A stretch of 64,000 bases of DNA, taken from Candidatus Poribacteria bacterium. Its GTDB lineage: Bacteria > Poribacteria > WGA-4E > PCPOR2b. Below are positions 50,536-61,178 of the stretch, in pieces. Each line of letters starts with the position of its first letter. Position 1 is the stretch's first letter. The notes under the pieces were generated by a model. That model was not told the DNA's origin, did not search any database, and saw only the letters and a list, made by a program, of their open reading frames with translations. Both the position numbers and the translations under genes were made by a program. The stretch is taken from positions 640,001 through 704,000 of the forward strand of contig OZ244587.1 in the NCBI GenBank assembly GCA_965218095.1. The letters run 5' to 3'.

Positions 50536-50691
50536 AACTGCGCTTTTCGGCTGTCATTCTGAGGCTTTGTGAAGAATCTCAGCGTCAGAGATCCTTCACT
50601 TCGTTCCGGATGACAATCGCCTTCAAAAGCGCAATTTTACCCGACGCCGGGTATAATCAGACCTTGCGAAGGTTCCGAACCTTCGCAAGGT
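50536..50691. repeat. REP-like palindromic elements
   Basis: gtcattctgag..gaagaatct..agatccttc..ggatgac flanked by inverted aaactgcgctttt/aaaagcgcaattt; hairpin accttgcgaaggttccgaaccttcgcaaggt (related aaccttccgaaggtt at 12948 and 49722). Confidence 0.7.
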
Positions 50692-50696
50692 TGCAT

Positions 50697-51452
50697 ATGG
50701 TATTAACAATGCTTACCAAGGACATGATCGTAGCTCTTCCATCGCTTCCGGGCGTCTATTTTCTTCGCAGCAGATTGGGGGAAATTCTCTACATCGGCAA
50801 GGCAAAATCTCTACGCAAACGGGTGGGGTCATACCTGCATAATTCCCAGCAAAATCGCTGGGGCAAAATCAAGCGGTTGGTGCGCCACGCGGCACAAATT
50901 GACTACGAAATCTGTGCTTCGGAGTTAGAGGCGCTATTGCTGGAATCCCGCCTTATCAAACAACATCAGCCTCCGTACAATATCAGCCTGAAATTCGTCC
51001 ACAGGTCTCCGTTCATTAAGATTTCTCTCAACGACGATTTCCCCAAGGTGGCGCTCGTTTTCAATGAGGAATCTGATGGGGCACGATATTTTGGGCCTTT
51101 TTCAAGCCTGAGATGGACAAGAGAGGCTGTCGAGGTGTTACACAGGATTTTTCCGATTCGGACCTGCGAGGGAACAATCCTCCCACTGCCAGATTTTAGG
51201 CCATGCTTCAGTTACCATGTGAAGCGCTGTCACGCGCCCTGCGCAGAGAGAGTCAGCCGTGAAACCTACCGTGCGATGATCAGCGATGTGATTCACATAC
51301 TGGAAGGGAAATATCGCGCCATCATCAAGAAACTGACGATCAAGCGGGAGCGGGCGGCGATTGAACTGCACTTTGAACGCGCGGCAGCTTTACAAAAACG
51401 GATTGAGCAAATCGAGAGGGTGTTTGTTTACCTCGACGTACATCGTCGGTAA
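50697..51452 (+). CDS. GIY-YIG nuclease, UvrC N-terminal/Cho-like
   Basis: LPSLPGVY..LYIGKAKSLRKRV, EALLLESRLIK..PPYN, YFGPF, Cys cluster, UVR domain. Confidence 0.85.
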   Translation: MVLTMLTKDMIVALPSLPGVYFLRSRLGEILYIGKAKSLRKRVGSYLHNSQQNRWGKIKRLVRHAAQIDYEICASELEALLLESRLIKQHQPPYNISLKFVHRSPFIKISLNDDFPKVALVFNEESDGARYFGPFSSLRWTREAVEVLHRIFPIRTCEGTILPLPDFRPCFSYHVKRCHAPCAERVSRETYRAMISDVIHILEGKYRAIIKKLTIKRERAAIELHFERAAALQKRIEQIERVFVYLDVHRR

Positions 51453-51540
51453 ACCGCGAAGTGGGATTTGGGAGGAACACGATTCTCTGAAATAAATTGA
51501 ACCCCTCCACTTTTTTGTATATTTGGAAATTCAATAGGGG

Positions 51541-53004
51541 TCACTGTGTTGGCTCTTCGGGGCCATCTGTTTCGGTCTCAGCCGGATTTTTCTCCCGGAG
51601 CATCCGTTCAACCTTCTCTGCGACCTCGGGGTCGTCTTCTCTGAGGCGACGCAGCCCTTCCTCGGGACCATACTGATTCAAGACTTGTCGTGCTTTCTCG
51701 GAACGCTCCGGCGAAAACTGTTCGCTGAGTTGAGTTTCGATGCGCTCTTCTGTAGGCAGTTCGGGTGTCAACTGCTTTTCGAGGTCAGCTTCTATTTCGG
51801 CATCGCTTTTGGTGGCACGTTCCAAAGCCTCAGCCTGCACACGCTCAAACCGTTTCTGAACATCTTGGGCTTCTGCCCTCACGGGTTCATCCCCCGAAGG
51901 CCTGTCCTGTCCTCCGCTATCCCAATCGTCCCAATCCTCGGAAGTTTGATCTGGTACGCCGGCCATCTGTTGATTTTCCCCTCTTTTTAACCACGCCTCC
52001 AACTGTCTTCGTTCTTCTCCCGTCGGGGGTGGGATGGGCGGTGGCGGCTCGGAGAGGATAGTCCCGTTTTCATCGATATAGATGATTTCATAGCCTTCCG
52101 GGTGTTTCCCCTGTAACATAATGTCCCACTGCTGTTTCTGGGTAAGTGGTGCACCATGAAAAAATGCCCCGCGCCCTTTTCTTTGAACGTAGACGCGATT
52201 TGCACGTCCCGGGAGGTAGGTGTGTTTATCAGAACCGGTAAATAGTCCACCGAACACGCTCGGGTCACTTTGCCGCGCGGCATAGATTTGTTGGAATTCC
52301 CAAGTCTTCCTATCGATATAAGCGTCCTTGAATGTTTCCCAATCGTCGAATGTTTCCCCTCTCCATCGCCGCCATTCCCCATTCTCCTCAAAACTTACCA
52401 AATTCCATCGTTCGTTCACAAAAAGAGAATAATCGCCGTAATCCCCAAATATGACTCCTTTATCAAGGAGCATCGCAAGCCATTCGGCGCGGGGATACTT
52501 CTCATCCACCTTGGTAAGATTCGGACGGTCGTAGGTCTCATCAAATGCTGCCATCAATGCTTCAACCGTCTGAGGACCGGTATATCTTTCAGAGGGCACG
52601 TCCTCAACCGTAACCGTAACCGTAACCTCAGTGGATAATCCATCTCCATTTGCCTCCATCGCAGCAGGAGAGGGATATTTCTCTTTCATCAGATTCGCGT
52701 GCTTTGTCATGTGGGCATGAATATCGGTGCGCCATTTAGCGATTTCACTTGCCTCTGGCGGGTATTTAATTTGCTTATGTTTCTTGTTCGCTGCTAACAT
52801 ATTTTTGGTTATTTCGTCGGTCTGCTTTTCCACCCAGGCTTGCCACGGATCTTCAGATTCTTTTTGATGACTTGTGTCGAGTCCGCCTCCAGCCATAGAC
52901 GCGGGAAAGCGGAAGGTGGGTTGGTTTACTCGGAAGACGAAAAAGGCGATGATACTGATAGTTGCCAATAGGGAAAGTGCTAGCACTGTTCTTTTGTGTT
53001 TCAT
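51541..53004 (-). CDS. Hypothetical membrane-anchored protein (lineage-specific)
   Basis: 487-aa ORF, N-terminal TM, YPRAEWLAMLLDKG, YGPEEGLRRL. Confidence 0.75.
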   Translation of the reverse strand: MKHKRTVLALSLLATISIIAFFVFRVNQPTFRFPASMAGGGLDTSHQKESEDPWQAWVEKQTDEITKNMLAANKKHKQIKYPPEASEIAKWRTDIHAHMTKHANLMKEKYPSPAAMEANGDGLSTEVTVTVTVEDVPSERYTGPQTVEALMAAFDETYDRPNLTKVDEKYPRAEWLAMLLDKGVIFGDYGDYSLFVNERWNLVSFEENGEWRRWRGETFDDWETFKDAYIDRKTWEFQQIYAARQSDPSVFGGLFTGSDKHTYLPGRANRVYVQRKGRGAFFHGAPLTQKQQWDIMLQGKHPEGYEIIYIDENGTILSEPPPPIPPPTGEERRQLEAWLKRGENQQMAGVPDQTSEDWDDWDSGGQDRPSGDEPVRAEAQDVQKRFERVQAEALERATKSDAEIEADLEKQLTPELPTEERIETQLSEQFSPERSEKARQVLNQYGPEEGLRRLREDDPEVAEKVERMLREKNPAETETDGPEEPTQ

Positions 53005-53078
53005 CTTTTATCCCCCATATCAGTTAGAATCGGGGTGCCTTCAGGACACCCCGAATTCCAATTTAGGAACAATTAATA

Positions 53079-54187
53079 GAGGGGTGTGCATAAATATAGT
53101 TGACATAATCAAGCCAAAAGGGTTTCCTATTGTTATCATAGCAAAAGGAGCCCCAATATGGTACAAAGACCAATGTTGGCTGATTATGTCACTCTTATTA
53201 TGCAACTCTTTGAGCAGTTTATGCAACACCGTATTGACAAACCAGGTGTCACACACGCAAAACCATTGACATATTCAACCACCTCGTTTATCATTTTCTT
53301 CATGTTGATGCAGTTTCACGGCATCTATGGCTTCAAAACGCAATGGCGGTGGCTAATCAATCACCCAGAAGTGTTACAAATGCTGGGGTGGCAACAGCCC
53401 CCTCATCGAACCACGATTGCACGTCGCTATAAGGCATTATATGAAGTGATAGAGGCATTTGTATTGTTTATCGGTCAGTATGCCACTGACTTGTCCCAAC
53501 AATTCAACTTGGCTCATCTGGTAGCCGACAAAAGTTTATTTAAGGCACGAGGACCCGTCTGGCATCAAACTGACCGCAAAGCAGGAAAAGTACCTAAACA
53601 TCTACGCAACCTCGACACCGATGCCACGTGGAGCAAGAGTGGTTATCATGGCTGGGTCTATGGCTACGGACTTCACATTATCTGCACACAAGGTGCGTTC
53701 CCAACACTGATAACTGTGCACCGTGCGTCGGTCTCCGAAAGTTGGGCGATAGATGCTAAAGCGTCTGAGATTCTGACACAACTTTCACCGCAGACACTCA
53801 CTGCCGATGATGCCTATACCCAAGCAGACCGTATCCGTCGTTGGGCGAAGGCACAAGTCGCTTTGATTACCCCGGCACTTAGATGGACAAAGGGACGGTT
53901 TGCCAAGGCGTATCATCGATTTATCAACCAACCCAAGCAGCGTCTCTGTTTAAGCAAACGTCGCAGTTCGGTTGAACCGTTGTTTGACTTGATTGCTAAA
54001 GTGATAGGCGCCACTCCTCAACAGAAGCAGTTACCGGTCAAGGGGTTTTTCAATGTACGCTGTTGTTTAGCTATCGGGGTGTTATCAGTGCAAGTGGCTA
54101 TGATTGCCAATGCCATATGGAAGTTACCTGCTCGCAATATCTCTCATATGGCGGCTGTTTTCCAATGAACTACTATGCACACCCCTC
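53079..54187 (+). mobile_element. IS element with DDE transposase, 14-bp IR and 8-bp TSD
   Basis: IR GAGGGGTGTGCATA/TATGCACACCCCTC; perfect direct repeat AATTAATA on both flanks. Confidence 0.95.
53158..54168 (+). CDS. DDE transposase (DDE_Tnp_1-like)
   Basis: VADKS, DTDATW..GWVYGYGLH, TADDAY, RRSSVEPLF. Confidence 0.85.
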   Translation: MVQRPMLADYVTLIMQLFEQFMQHRIDKPGVTHAKPLTYSTTSFIIFFMLMQFHGIYGFKTQWRWLINHPEVLQMLGWQQPPHRTTIARRYKALYEVIEAFVLFIGQYATDLSQQFNLAHLVADKSLFKARGPVWHQTDRKAGKVPKHLRNLDTDATWSKSGYHGWVYGYGLHIICTQGAFPTLITVHRASVSESWAIDAKASEILTQLSPQTLTADDAYTQADRIRRWAKAQVALITPALRWTKGRFAKAYHRFINQPKQRLCLSKRRSSVEPLFDLIAKVIGATPQQKQLPVKGFFNVRCCLAIGVLSVQVAMIANAIWKLPARNISHMAAVFQ

Positions 54188-54232
54188 AATTAATAATAGC
54201 CACTGGAATGATATTCGGCACGATCAGTGTCA

Positions 54233-55057
54233 CTAGGTTCTGTTGACATTTGAGTATAAGGTTGTGGCATAATAGAAGAATGATGCCAATAACCTTACCC
54301 GATGACCAATGGAATAAGATATACTCGTTTCTTCTAACTTGTCCCACCATCTATGTTGGCAACGAAGCGACAACACGCCGCTTTATCGAAGCTGTTCTCT
54401 GGGCGACCCGTAGCGGTGCTCAATGGAGACTTCTGCCAGACACCTATGGTAAATTGAACACCCTCTATAAGCGGTTTGCTCGGTGGTGCGACAAAGGTAT
54501 CTGCACACAGATGCACCACCACTTCGCCGCCGACCCCGATATCGAGTCGCTTATTGTGGGCAGTACAATCATTCGAGCGCACCCGTGTGCGGCGGGCGCC
54601 TTAAAAAAAGGGTGGCACTGAAAACCAAGCGTTAGGCTGCTCTCGCGGGGGATTCAGTACAAAAATTCACATCACCGTTGACGGCCTGGGTAATCCCCTA
54701 AGAATACATCTGACGCCCGGTCAAAGAAACGACATAGCGGAAGCAGAAGCGTTGATACTTGGATATAAAAGCGAGTATGTGATTGGAGACAAGGGATATG
54801 ACTCCGACAATTTTATCGCGGTTATTGAGGCGAATGGAGCGATTGCGGTGATACCGCCCAAAAGTCATCGTGTGGATCAAAGAGATTACGACAAACATCT
54901 GTACAAAGAGAGACATCGGGTTGAATGTTTCATTAACAAGATAAAATGGTATCGCCGCATCTTCTCTCGGTTCGAGAAGCTAGCTGTCCGTTATTTTGGA
55001 TTTCTCAGCTTTGTCTCCACTCTTATATGGCTCCCTTGAAATGTCAACAGAACCTAG
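54233..55057 (+). mobile_element. IS5-family element, copy 2
   Basis: Same IR and CTAG ends as 17120-17945; orfA 54280-54621 and orfB to 55039 separated by an A7 run. Confidence 0.95.
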
Positions 55058-55191
55058 GACGACCGCTTATGGAAATCAAAGACTTAGTTTTCGCATAGCC
55101 TATATCAACTAGCACAAGTCGTTAATTGTTTTATTTCTATAAAGAGGTTTGACTGCCCATGAAATCAAATTTGGTCAATTCAGAAATCGTC

Positions 55192-56427
55192 TTACAACTC
55201 TCCGGCTCGCAGCTTCTGAATATAGTTTTCATTGATATTGTTCGATGGATGTTGGAGGCTCCGGTGAGGTTCTGGAAAGCTCCTGAGTAGTTTTTGGTAT
55301 TCTTTTATCGCTTCCTCTATATTGTCAGCTTTTTCATAGATGCTACCAATCCAATATTGAGCCTGCATTCGCGTATCGTAGTCATAGGTTGGGTTATTGG
55401 CGACTTTCCGATATGCGCTAATTGCTCCATCGACATCGTTCTTTGCGTAGTAGATTTGTGCAACATAGAACTGCGAATTGGGAGCATTCTCATTGCGTGG
55501 ATATTTCTCTATCGCCTCCTCAAGTCGGGTAATCGACGCGTCATACCTTTCCAGCTTCTCATAAGCCCAACCAATGTAAAAGTGCGCATCCTTAGCTGAT
55601 TTAGTTTCGGGATGTTTATCAATCACCTTTTGATAATTCTCAATCGCCTGCTCATACGTTGCTTCGGCAAAATAGGTTTGGGCGATTCCAAACTGTGCGA
55701 GTGGGGCAAGTTCGGGGTGCCCTGAATTAACAACATTCATAAATTCGATACGTGCATTGTCGTAGTCCTGCTTCTCGGTAAAAATCATCCCCGTGTAATA
55801 CACAATACTATGGATGAGCTCGCTATCCCTGAACTCCTCCCGTAACGCATCAAACGCCTCAAGTGTGTGACTCCAACTCTCTTTCCCATAGTAGCACATC
55901 GCCCTGTTGAAACGGGATTCGTCGGCGAGCAAACTGCCCGGATAGTCTCGGATGAGCTGATTGAACATCGCAGATGCACGGTCATAATAGACATCTGCAC
56001 TTTCAACACTCTCTGTCTGTTTTATATTTTCCGCGATTCTATAGTAAGCGATGGCAATTATGTACAGCGAATCGTCTGTCCATTCACTGTCGGGATAGTT
56101 GTTAATGAGACGTCGATAGAGAGCAAACGCTTCCTCGTCCGTTCGTGCAAGCCGTGACGCCAACTGGTAGATCGCATCATCTGCCCAACGACTATCCGGA
56201 TATTTATCGAACACTTGACGGTATAAAGCCCTGACCTTGCTCACACGTTTCTGGTCCGAATCCTCAAGAGTCACGGGCGGGATATCCGCTTTCTGAGCCT
56301 CTTGCCATACGGTATCTGCTTCGTCATAGTAGTTATCGTAGCTTATGTTTGATTTTGACGACCGACCAATAAAAAAACCGATTACAAAAGCTACGATAAC
56401 AATCTCTGCTATAATGAATTTTCTCAT
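55192..56427 (-). CDS. TPR-repeat protein (BamD/CpoB-like repeats)
   Basis: Repeated YPxS..A.DA.Y..A..Y units; N-terminal membrane anchor. Confidence 0.85.
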   Translation of the reverse strand: MRKFIIAEIVIVAFVIGFFIGRSSKSNISYDNYYDEADTVWQEAQKADIPPVTLEDSDQKRVSKVRALYRQVFDKYPDSRWADDAIYQLASRLARTDEEAFALYRRLINNYPDSEWTDDSLYIIAIAYYRIAENIKQTESVESADVYYDRASAMFNQLIRDYPGSLLADESRFNRAMCYYGKESWSHTLEAFDALREEFRDSELIHSIVYYTGMIFTEKQDYDNARIEFMNVVNSGHPELAPLAQFGIAQTYFAEATYEQAIENYQKVIDKHPETKSAKDAHFYIGWAYEKLERYDASITRLEEAIEKYPRNENAPNSQFYVAQIYYAKNDVDGAISAYRKVANNPTYDYDTRMQAQYWIGSIYEKADNIEEAIKEYQKLLRSFPEPHRSLQHPSNNINENYIQKLRAGEL

Positions 56428-56501
56428 TTCTCAAACTCCTGTCCTGCGGCGTGATTTGCTTTATGTGTTAAGAAAAACTCGTGGTAACAAAGTTTGAACG
56501 A

Positions 56502-56530
56502 ATTTTATCATCTTTGCCCGAAGGTGTCAA
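56502..56530 (-). promoter_or_regulatory. Sigma70-type promoter
   Basis: TTGACA-17 nt-TAAAAT on the minus strand. Confidence 0.7.
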
Positions 56531-56888
56531 GCACTGATTGCTATTGATTGTACGCTTCGGTGCATATGGGTAGGACCTGATACCCGATACTGTTCGTTTA
56601 TGCCCTCACATTCTGATAACGTTCAGATCATGCAAATGGTATGCTTTTCACCAGGTGATGGTTTTGAAAATGGGGTACACGAAAATAGGATAAAGGATAT
56701 AGTGCAATGCACACGCCAAGATGGAATTATTGGCGTGCTATCACTATTTCGATATTTGAGCATTTTGCCCTTGATTTTCCTGACATATAATGCTAAATTG
56801 GTGCATGATAAAACAAATCAACGAATCTGCGGATCGACGAACTATATTCTCGTAATATGCGTCACGTTTTACGCATGACGGAGGAAAT

Positions 56889-57530
56889 ATGCAATCATCA
56901 CATGGCGTTAATTTTTCAGGATTTCGGCCATCTGTGATGGGCAGGAACGGCGTGGTGACATCCGGACACCCGCTCGCGCCACAGGCAGAAGTTCAAGCAA
57001 TGATAGCGGGCGGCAACGCTGTCGATGCTGCGGTTGCAACGGCATCAGTGTTGGGCGTTGTTGAACCGGCCGGTTCCGGTGTCGGCGGAGATGGATTTAT
57101 CCTGATCTATTGGGCAGAGACGGGCACAGTAACGGGTGTGAATGCGACAGGTCCAGCACCTTATGCAGCAACCCGTGAACTGTACCTATAGGATGGCGGA
57201 TTCCAATGAAGGGCATCCGCAGCGTCTCGGTGCCGGGAATAGTCAATGGCTGGCTCAAGGCTCACGAGCGTTACGGTGCGATTAAACTCGATCAGGTGTT
57301 TGATCCGGCGATTTCGCTGTGCGAAAATGGTTTTCCTATCAGCTACAACCTTGCCTCTAGTCTTAAAGGTGAGAACTCACGCTTTGCTGAGGATCCATAC
57401 ACCCGCCCAGTATTTACGAATGACGGCAAACCGCTCGAACCCGGGGAAATTCTCTATCGAAAGAATCTTGGGACAACACTGCGAAAAATCGCGGCGGAGG
57501 GACGTGGGACGTTCTATGAAGGTGAAATCA
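56889..57530 (+). pseudogene. ggt: Gamma-glutamyltransferase, truncated, with internal TAG
   Basis: GGNAVDAAVA, EPAGSGVGGDGF, VSVPG, FYEGEI; TAG at 57189-57191; homology ends at the purC stop. Confidence 0.85.
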
Positions 57531-58424
57531 CAATAATTCCCGTCCAACGATTAAGCGATATGCCTCCAGATATTTTTCGCTGGTTTTGTGGATGACCTCC
57601 GTTGGCAATTCCGGTGCCGGGGGCTCTTTATTCCAGCCGATCTCACTGAGATAATCACGCACATACTGTTTGTCAAAACTCGGTTGCGAACCGCCCGGTT
57701 TATACTGCTCCTTGGGCCAGAAGCGTGATGAATCCGGAGTGAAGACTTCGTCAATGAGAATCAGTTGACCATCGATCTGACCAAATTCAAACTTGGTGTC
57801 GCAAAGAATTATCCCGACCTTTTCAGCGTGTGCACTGGCTGCGGTAAAGAGATCGAAGCTGATTTGGATAATCTGTTCTGCCAAGTCCTTCCCAATGCTC
57901 TCCTCCATCTGCGCGATTGAGATGTTCTCATCATGCAGCCCGTGCTCTGCCTTGGTCGCAGGTGTGAAGATGAGTTGTGGCAGCCGCTCCGATTCCTGCA
58001 AGCCTTCAGGTAGCTTTTCCCCACATACCGTCCCATCCTTTTTATATTCCGCCCACGCTGAACCCGCGATGTATCCCCGCACGACGCATTCGATATCGAT
58101 TCGATTGGCTTTCCGCACAAGCATTGACCGCCCCTTAAGCAGTTTCGCATCGGATTGCAGCATGTCAGGATACTGCGAAACATCAGTCGTGATGAGATGA
58201 TTATCGACGATTGATTTTGTGTAGTCAAACCAGAACTCAGAGAGCCTGTTCAGGATGTGCCCTTTGTACGGAATCCCATTCGGCAGGACGACATCAAACG
58301 CCGAAATCCGGTCTGTTGAGACGAATACAAGTTGATCCCCGATGTCATAAAGATCTCGGACTTTTCCCCGCTGGGCGGGGGCGATGTTCGTTAGGTTGGT
58401 TTCTGTGATAACGTTTTGTGACAT
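57528..58424 (-). CDS. purC: Phosphoribosylaminoimidazole-succinocarboxamide synthase
   Basis: RGKVRDLY, DRISAFD, ECVVRGY, TPATKA, DTKFEFG, DEVFTPDSSRFW. Confidence 0.97.
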   Translation of the reverse strand: MSQNVITETNLTNIAPAQRGKVRDLYDIGDQLVFVSTDRISAFDVVLPNGIPYKGHILNRLSEFWFDYTKSIVDNHLITTDVSQYPDMLQSDAKLLKGRSMLVRKANRIDIECVVRGYIAGSAWAEYKKDGTVCGEKLPEGLQESERLPQLIFTPATKAEHGLHDENISIAQMEESIGKDLAEQIIQISFDLFTAASAHAEKVGIILCDTKFEFGQIDGQLILIDEVFTPDSSRFWPKEQYKPGGSQPSFDKQYVRDYLSEIGWNKEPPAPELPTEVIHKTSEKYLEAYRLIVGRELL

Positions 58425-58641
58425 GACTAACTCCAACAGATATAGAATTTTGATGCTACGATAAAATTATGGTAATATCGTCTAAGTTAAGCTACGCCAC
58501 TTGCTATACGGCGCAAAAGGCGTAGCTTCAGCGTTTTGTGTGGATTGTTGCCTCAATTCTGCTTTGCAGACTGCTTAGGACTTTGTTCGGGCCCAGAAGA
58601 CTCTCCACCAGATTTTAGGGTCGGTTGTAGACATTGAACCC

Positions 58642-59607
58642 TTACCTAACCAAATCCTTAAAAACGGACAAGCAATATCTCCAGTATTCGACAGCGTATT
58701 TTTTGACTCCCTCTGGTTGATCTGCCAAATCCATATAGTGCCCAATCCAACCAAGCAACAGGTCTTGAGATGCCTTTTTGACGGTACGGGGTTCCGCATC
58801 ATAAGCAATATCAAGAAAGCTGTCCAGATCCGCTTCATCCAGGTGAAAATTAATCTCACGATAGAGGACTAAATTCACCATCAGTGCGGTCGTGATTTCA
58901 CGGGCGGTGTCACCATCAGTGTTCGGCGGATAGTCGGCGGCGAAAATCTTCTCCTGCGGAAGCGCCTGGAGGTAACTAAATCGATGGTTGAGGTAGTCTA
59001 ACTGCCGATTGGCGATGGCGACGTCAGCGAGGCTTGTCACAGGGCGGGGTGTAGCAGATAACTGATGCAGCGTAACTTGCGCGGCGTCAGTCACAAGTTT
59101 CCGTTCAATAACCGACTCCAGAAAATCTCGTTCCCAAACATTATAAGTTGGGATCTCCTCTCGCTCAATAAAGGATATTGTCGGCGTTTCAGGAGAGATG
59201 AGGATTGCCTTTTCGAGGGTGTTTTGAGAACGTTCTACTAATTTATCGACGAGCGTATTGCCGATTTGAAAGAACTTAATCAGCCGATTTTTATTCAGCA
59301 GGCGCACCGATTTGTCGAGATCTCCCTCGCAGCCGTACTCCAAACCTAGACTTGCTAACGCGAACGCCTCTTGAATCTGCCCGCGAATCTCCACCCACGA
59401 GGAGAGGTCCTCCACCTTGATTGTAATCAGCTTATGGGCAAGCGCGGCGATATCGTGGTGCATTTTGTCCACCTGCTCAGGTGAAAGTCGCCCTGCTTTT
59501 TGTCCGTGCTCAAGTGTTTGCGCAAAGAACAGCCGATTGTCATAATGGGCCAGGGCGTCAGCTTCAAACATCTTCTGATTCCTTGTCTGCTTCGCTCTTT
59601 TCGTCAT
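58642..59607 (-). CDS. Hypothetical protein resembling the DUF6178 C-terminal half
   Basis: SLGLEY..GDL..VRLL..FFQIG motif. Confidence 0.5.
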   Translation of the reverse strand: MTKRAKQTRNQKMFEADALAHYDNRLFFAQTLEHGQKAGRLSPEQVDKMHHDIAALAHKLITIKVEDLSSWVEIRGQIQEAFALASLGLEYGCEGDLDKSVRLLNKNRLIKFFQIGNTLVDKLVERSQNTLEKAILISPETPTISFIEREEIPTYNVWERDFLESVIERKLVTDAAQVTLHQLSATPRPVTSLADVAIANRQLDYLNHRFSYLQALPQEKIFAADYPPNTDGDTAREITTALMVNLVLYREINFHLDEADLDSFLDIAYDAEPRTVKKASQDLLLGWIGHYMDLADQPEGVKKYAVEYWRYCLSVFKDLVR

Positions 59608-60382
59608 CCGCTAAATCCGGTTCATTAAGGTCTACCTTCTCCAAGATCTCTTCTTCGGTGATATCAATGCCGGCCGTTTTATCGCGCTCCCGGACTCGTT
59701 CATCGCGCATTTCTTTTGTACGGTAAAGCGAAGCTGCAAGTTCGTCATCTATCTCCGCTTCCTGATCTAGTCCAAAGAGCTCATACAGCACACGGGTAAA
59801 CAGGTCTGCGTCCGCTTCCCAGATTGCGTTCATAATCGCCCGTGCGCGTTCATCTGAATACTCAACGCCCGCCGACGACGGATCGACCAGTCCCTCCTCA
59901 ATAAACATGGCTTTGAACTCTGTCTCTATTTCAACCCGGCCGCGCAACAGGCTGGCGAGAATGCCAATATCGATTTGGGACAGCAAATCGCCAAGTTCAT
60001 CTATCTCGCATTCCGACAATTCAAAAAGCCATAAACCGAGCGTTTTTTCATCGAGTTTGCCGTTGCGCCACAAAACGAGATCCATCATCTCCTCAAACTG
60101 CTCAGATGACAGACACGGCAACAGCGCCGACGCCGTCCCCGTACCGAGCCTCGTATCCAGGACTTGCAGCACATCTTCCGTTGGGCTCAACTGGATTAAC
60201 TCGGTACAGTCTGGGACAAGATAGTACAATTCCTCACGCGCCTTCGCATCCCGGGCTGATGAAATGACTTCCAGTTGCTGATCCGTTGTGTAGCTCTGGA
60301 ACAGCGCTTCAGCCGCGGATGTCGGCATTTTCAACAATTTTTGAGTTTCTGAATGTGGATTGATGAGTTTTCCGTTGCTCAC
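59564..60382 (-). CDS. DUF6178-like protein (N-terminal half)
   Basis: LSSEQFEEMMDLVLWRNGKLD..WL..L motif. Confidence 0.55.
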   Translation of the reverse strand: MSNGKLINPHSETQKLLKMPTSAAEALFQSYTTDQQLEVISSARDAKAREELYYLVPDCTELIQLSPTEDVLQVLDTRLGTGTASALLPCLSSEQFEEMMDLVLWRNGKLDEKTLGLWLFELSECEIDELGDLLSQIDIGILASLLRGRVEIETEFKAMFIEEGLVDPSSAGVEYSDERARAIMNAIWEADADLFTRVLYELFGLDQEAEIDDELAASLYRTKEMRDERVRERDKTAGIDITEEEILEKVDLNEPDLADDEKSEADKESEDV

Positions 60383-60411
60383 ACCAGCCTCCCCCTAATC
60401 CGTTGGAAATC

Positions 60412-61178
60412 TCAGCAGTAGTTTTCTTTGACAAAACTCAGGTTCTTCGCCGCCGAAGCAATCGGATCATCTTTTGATGGGGTTTCGAGAACAAACCAAC
60501 CATCATAACCAATCGCATGAGTCGCTTCGATAACCGCAGGAAAGTCAACCTCGCCCTCGCCGGCGTAGTTGCCACCGGTGTCTTTGATGTGCATCTGTGC
60601 AATGGCTTTCCCCAGTTGGCGAATTTCTTCGGCAGCATCATATCCCAAAGTCGTGGCATTGCCCATGTCGTAGTAGACACCTACGCCGGAGAGACGACCT
60701 GATCGAGGATCTGTTGGTGCTCGTCGGCGTTTAACGTCGATTCCAGGGCAAGGGAAACGTCATACTTCTCAGCCGTCTCCGCCGCCGCTTTCAAACCGTT
60801 GATGAAACGTGGCACCGTAATATGTGCTTTTTCAATCTTGCCGTCGTCGAAGAACGGGATAAGAATAACCTTTGCGCCTAGTTTTGGAGAGACTGCTGAG
60901 AGGCGCTGCAACATCGCGATCCCTTCAGCTCGCGCTTCATCATCTAGGTGGGCAAATGTATATGACGTGAAACCGCCCGGCGAGAGCGAAGGCGTTTCAA
61001 TACCGACCTTTTCAGATAATGCCTTAATCATGTCTACACCCGATTCGCTCCAGAGTTGGTGTTCACGGTAATTCGCGCCGATACATATTTCGATGCCGCC
61101 AAATCCAATCTCTTTCGCTTTGCTGAACGCATCTTCAAAGGGCAAGCCTAATATACCATCTCGGATGCCAACTTTCAT
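60412..61178 (-). pseudogene. Sugar phosphate isomerase/epimerase (AP endonuclease 2 TIM barrel), frameshifted
   Basis: AKEIGFGGIEI, LALES, frameshift at about 60683 into VGVYYDMGNA, HIKD, GEGEVDF, YDGWFVLE. Confidence 0.85.
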
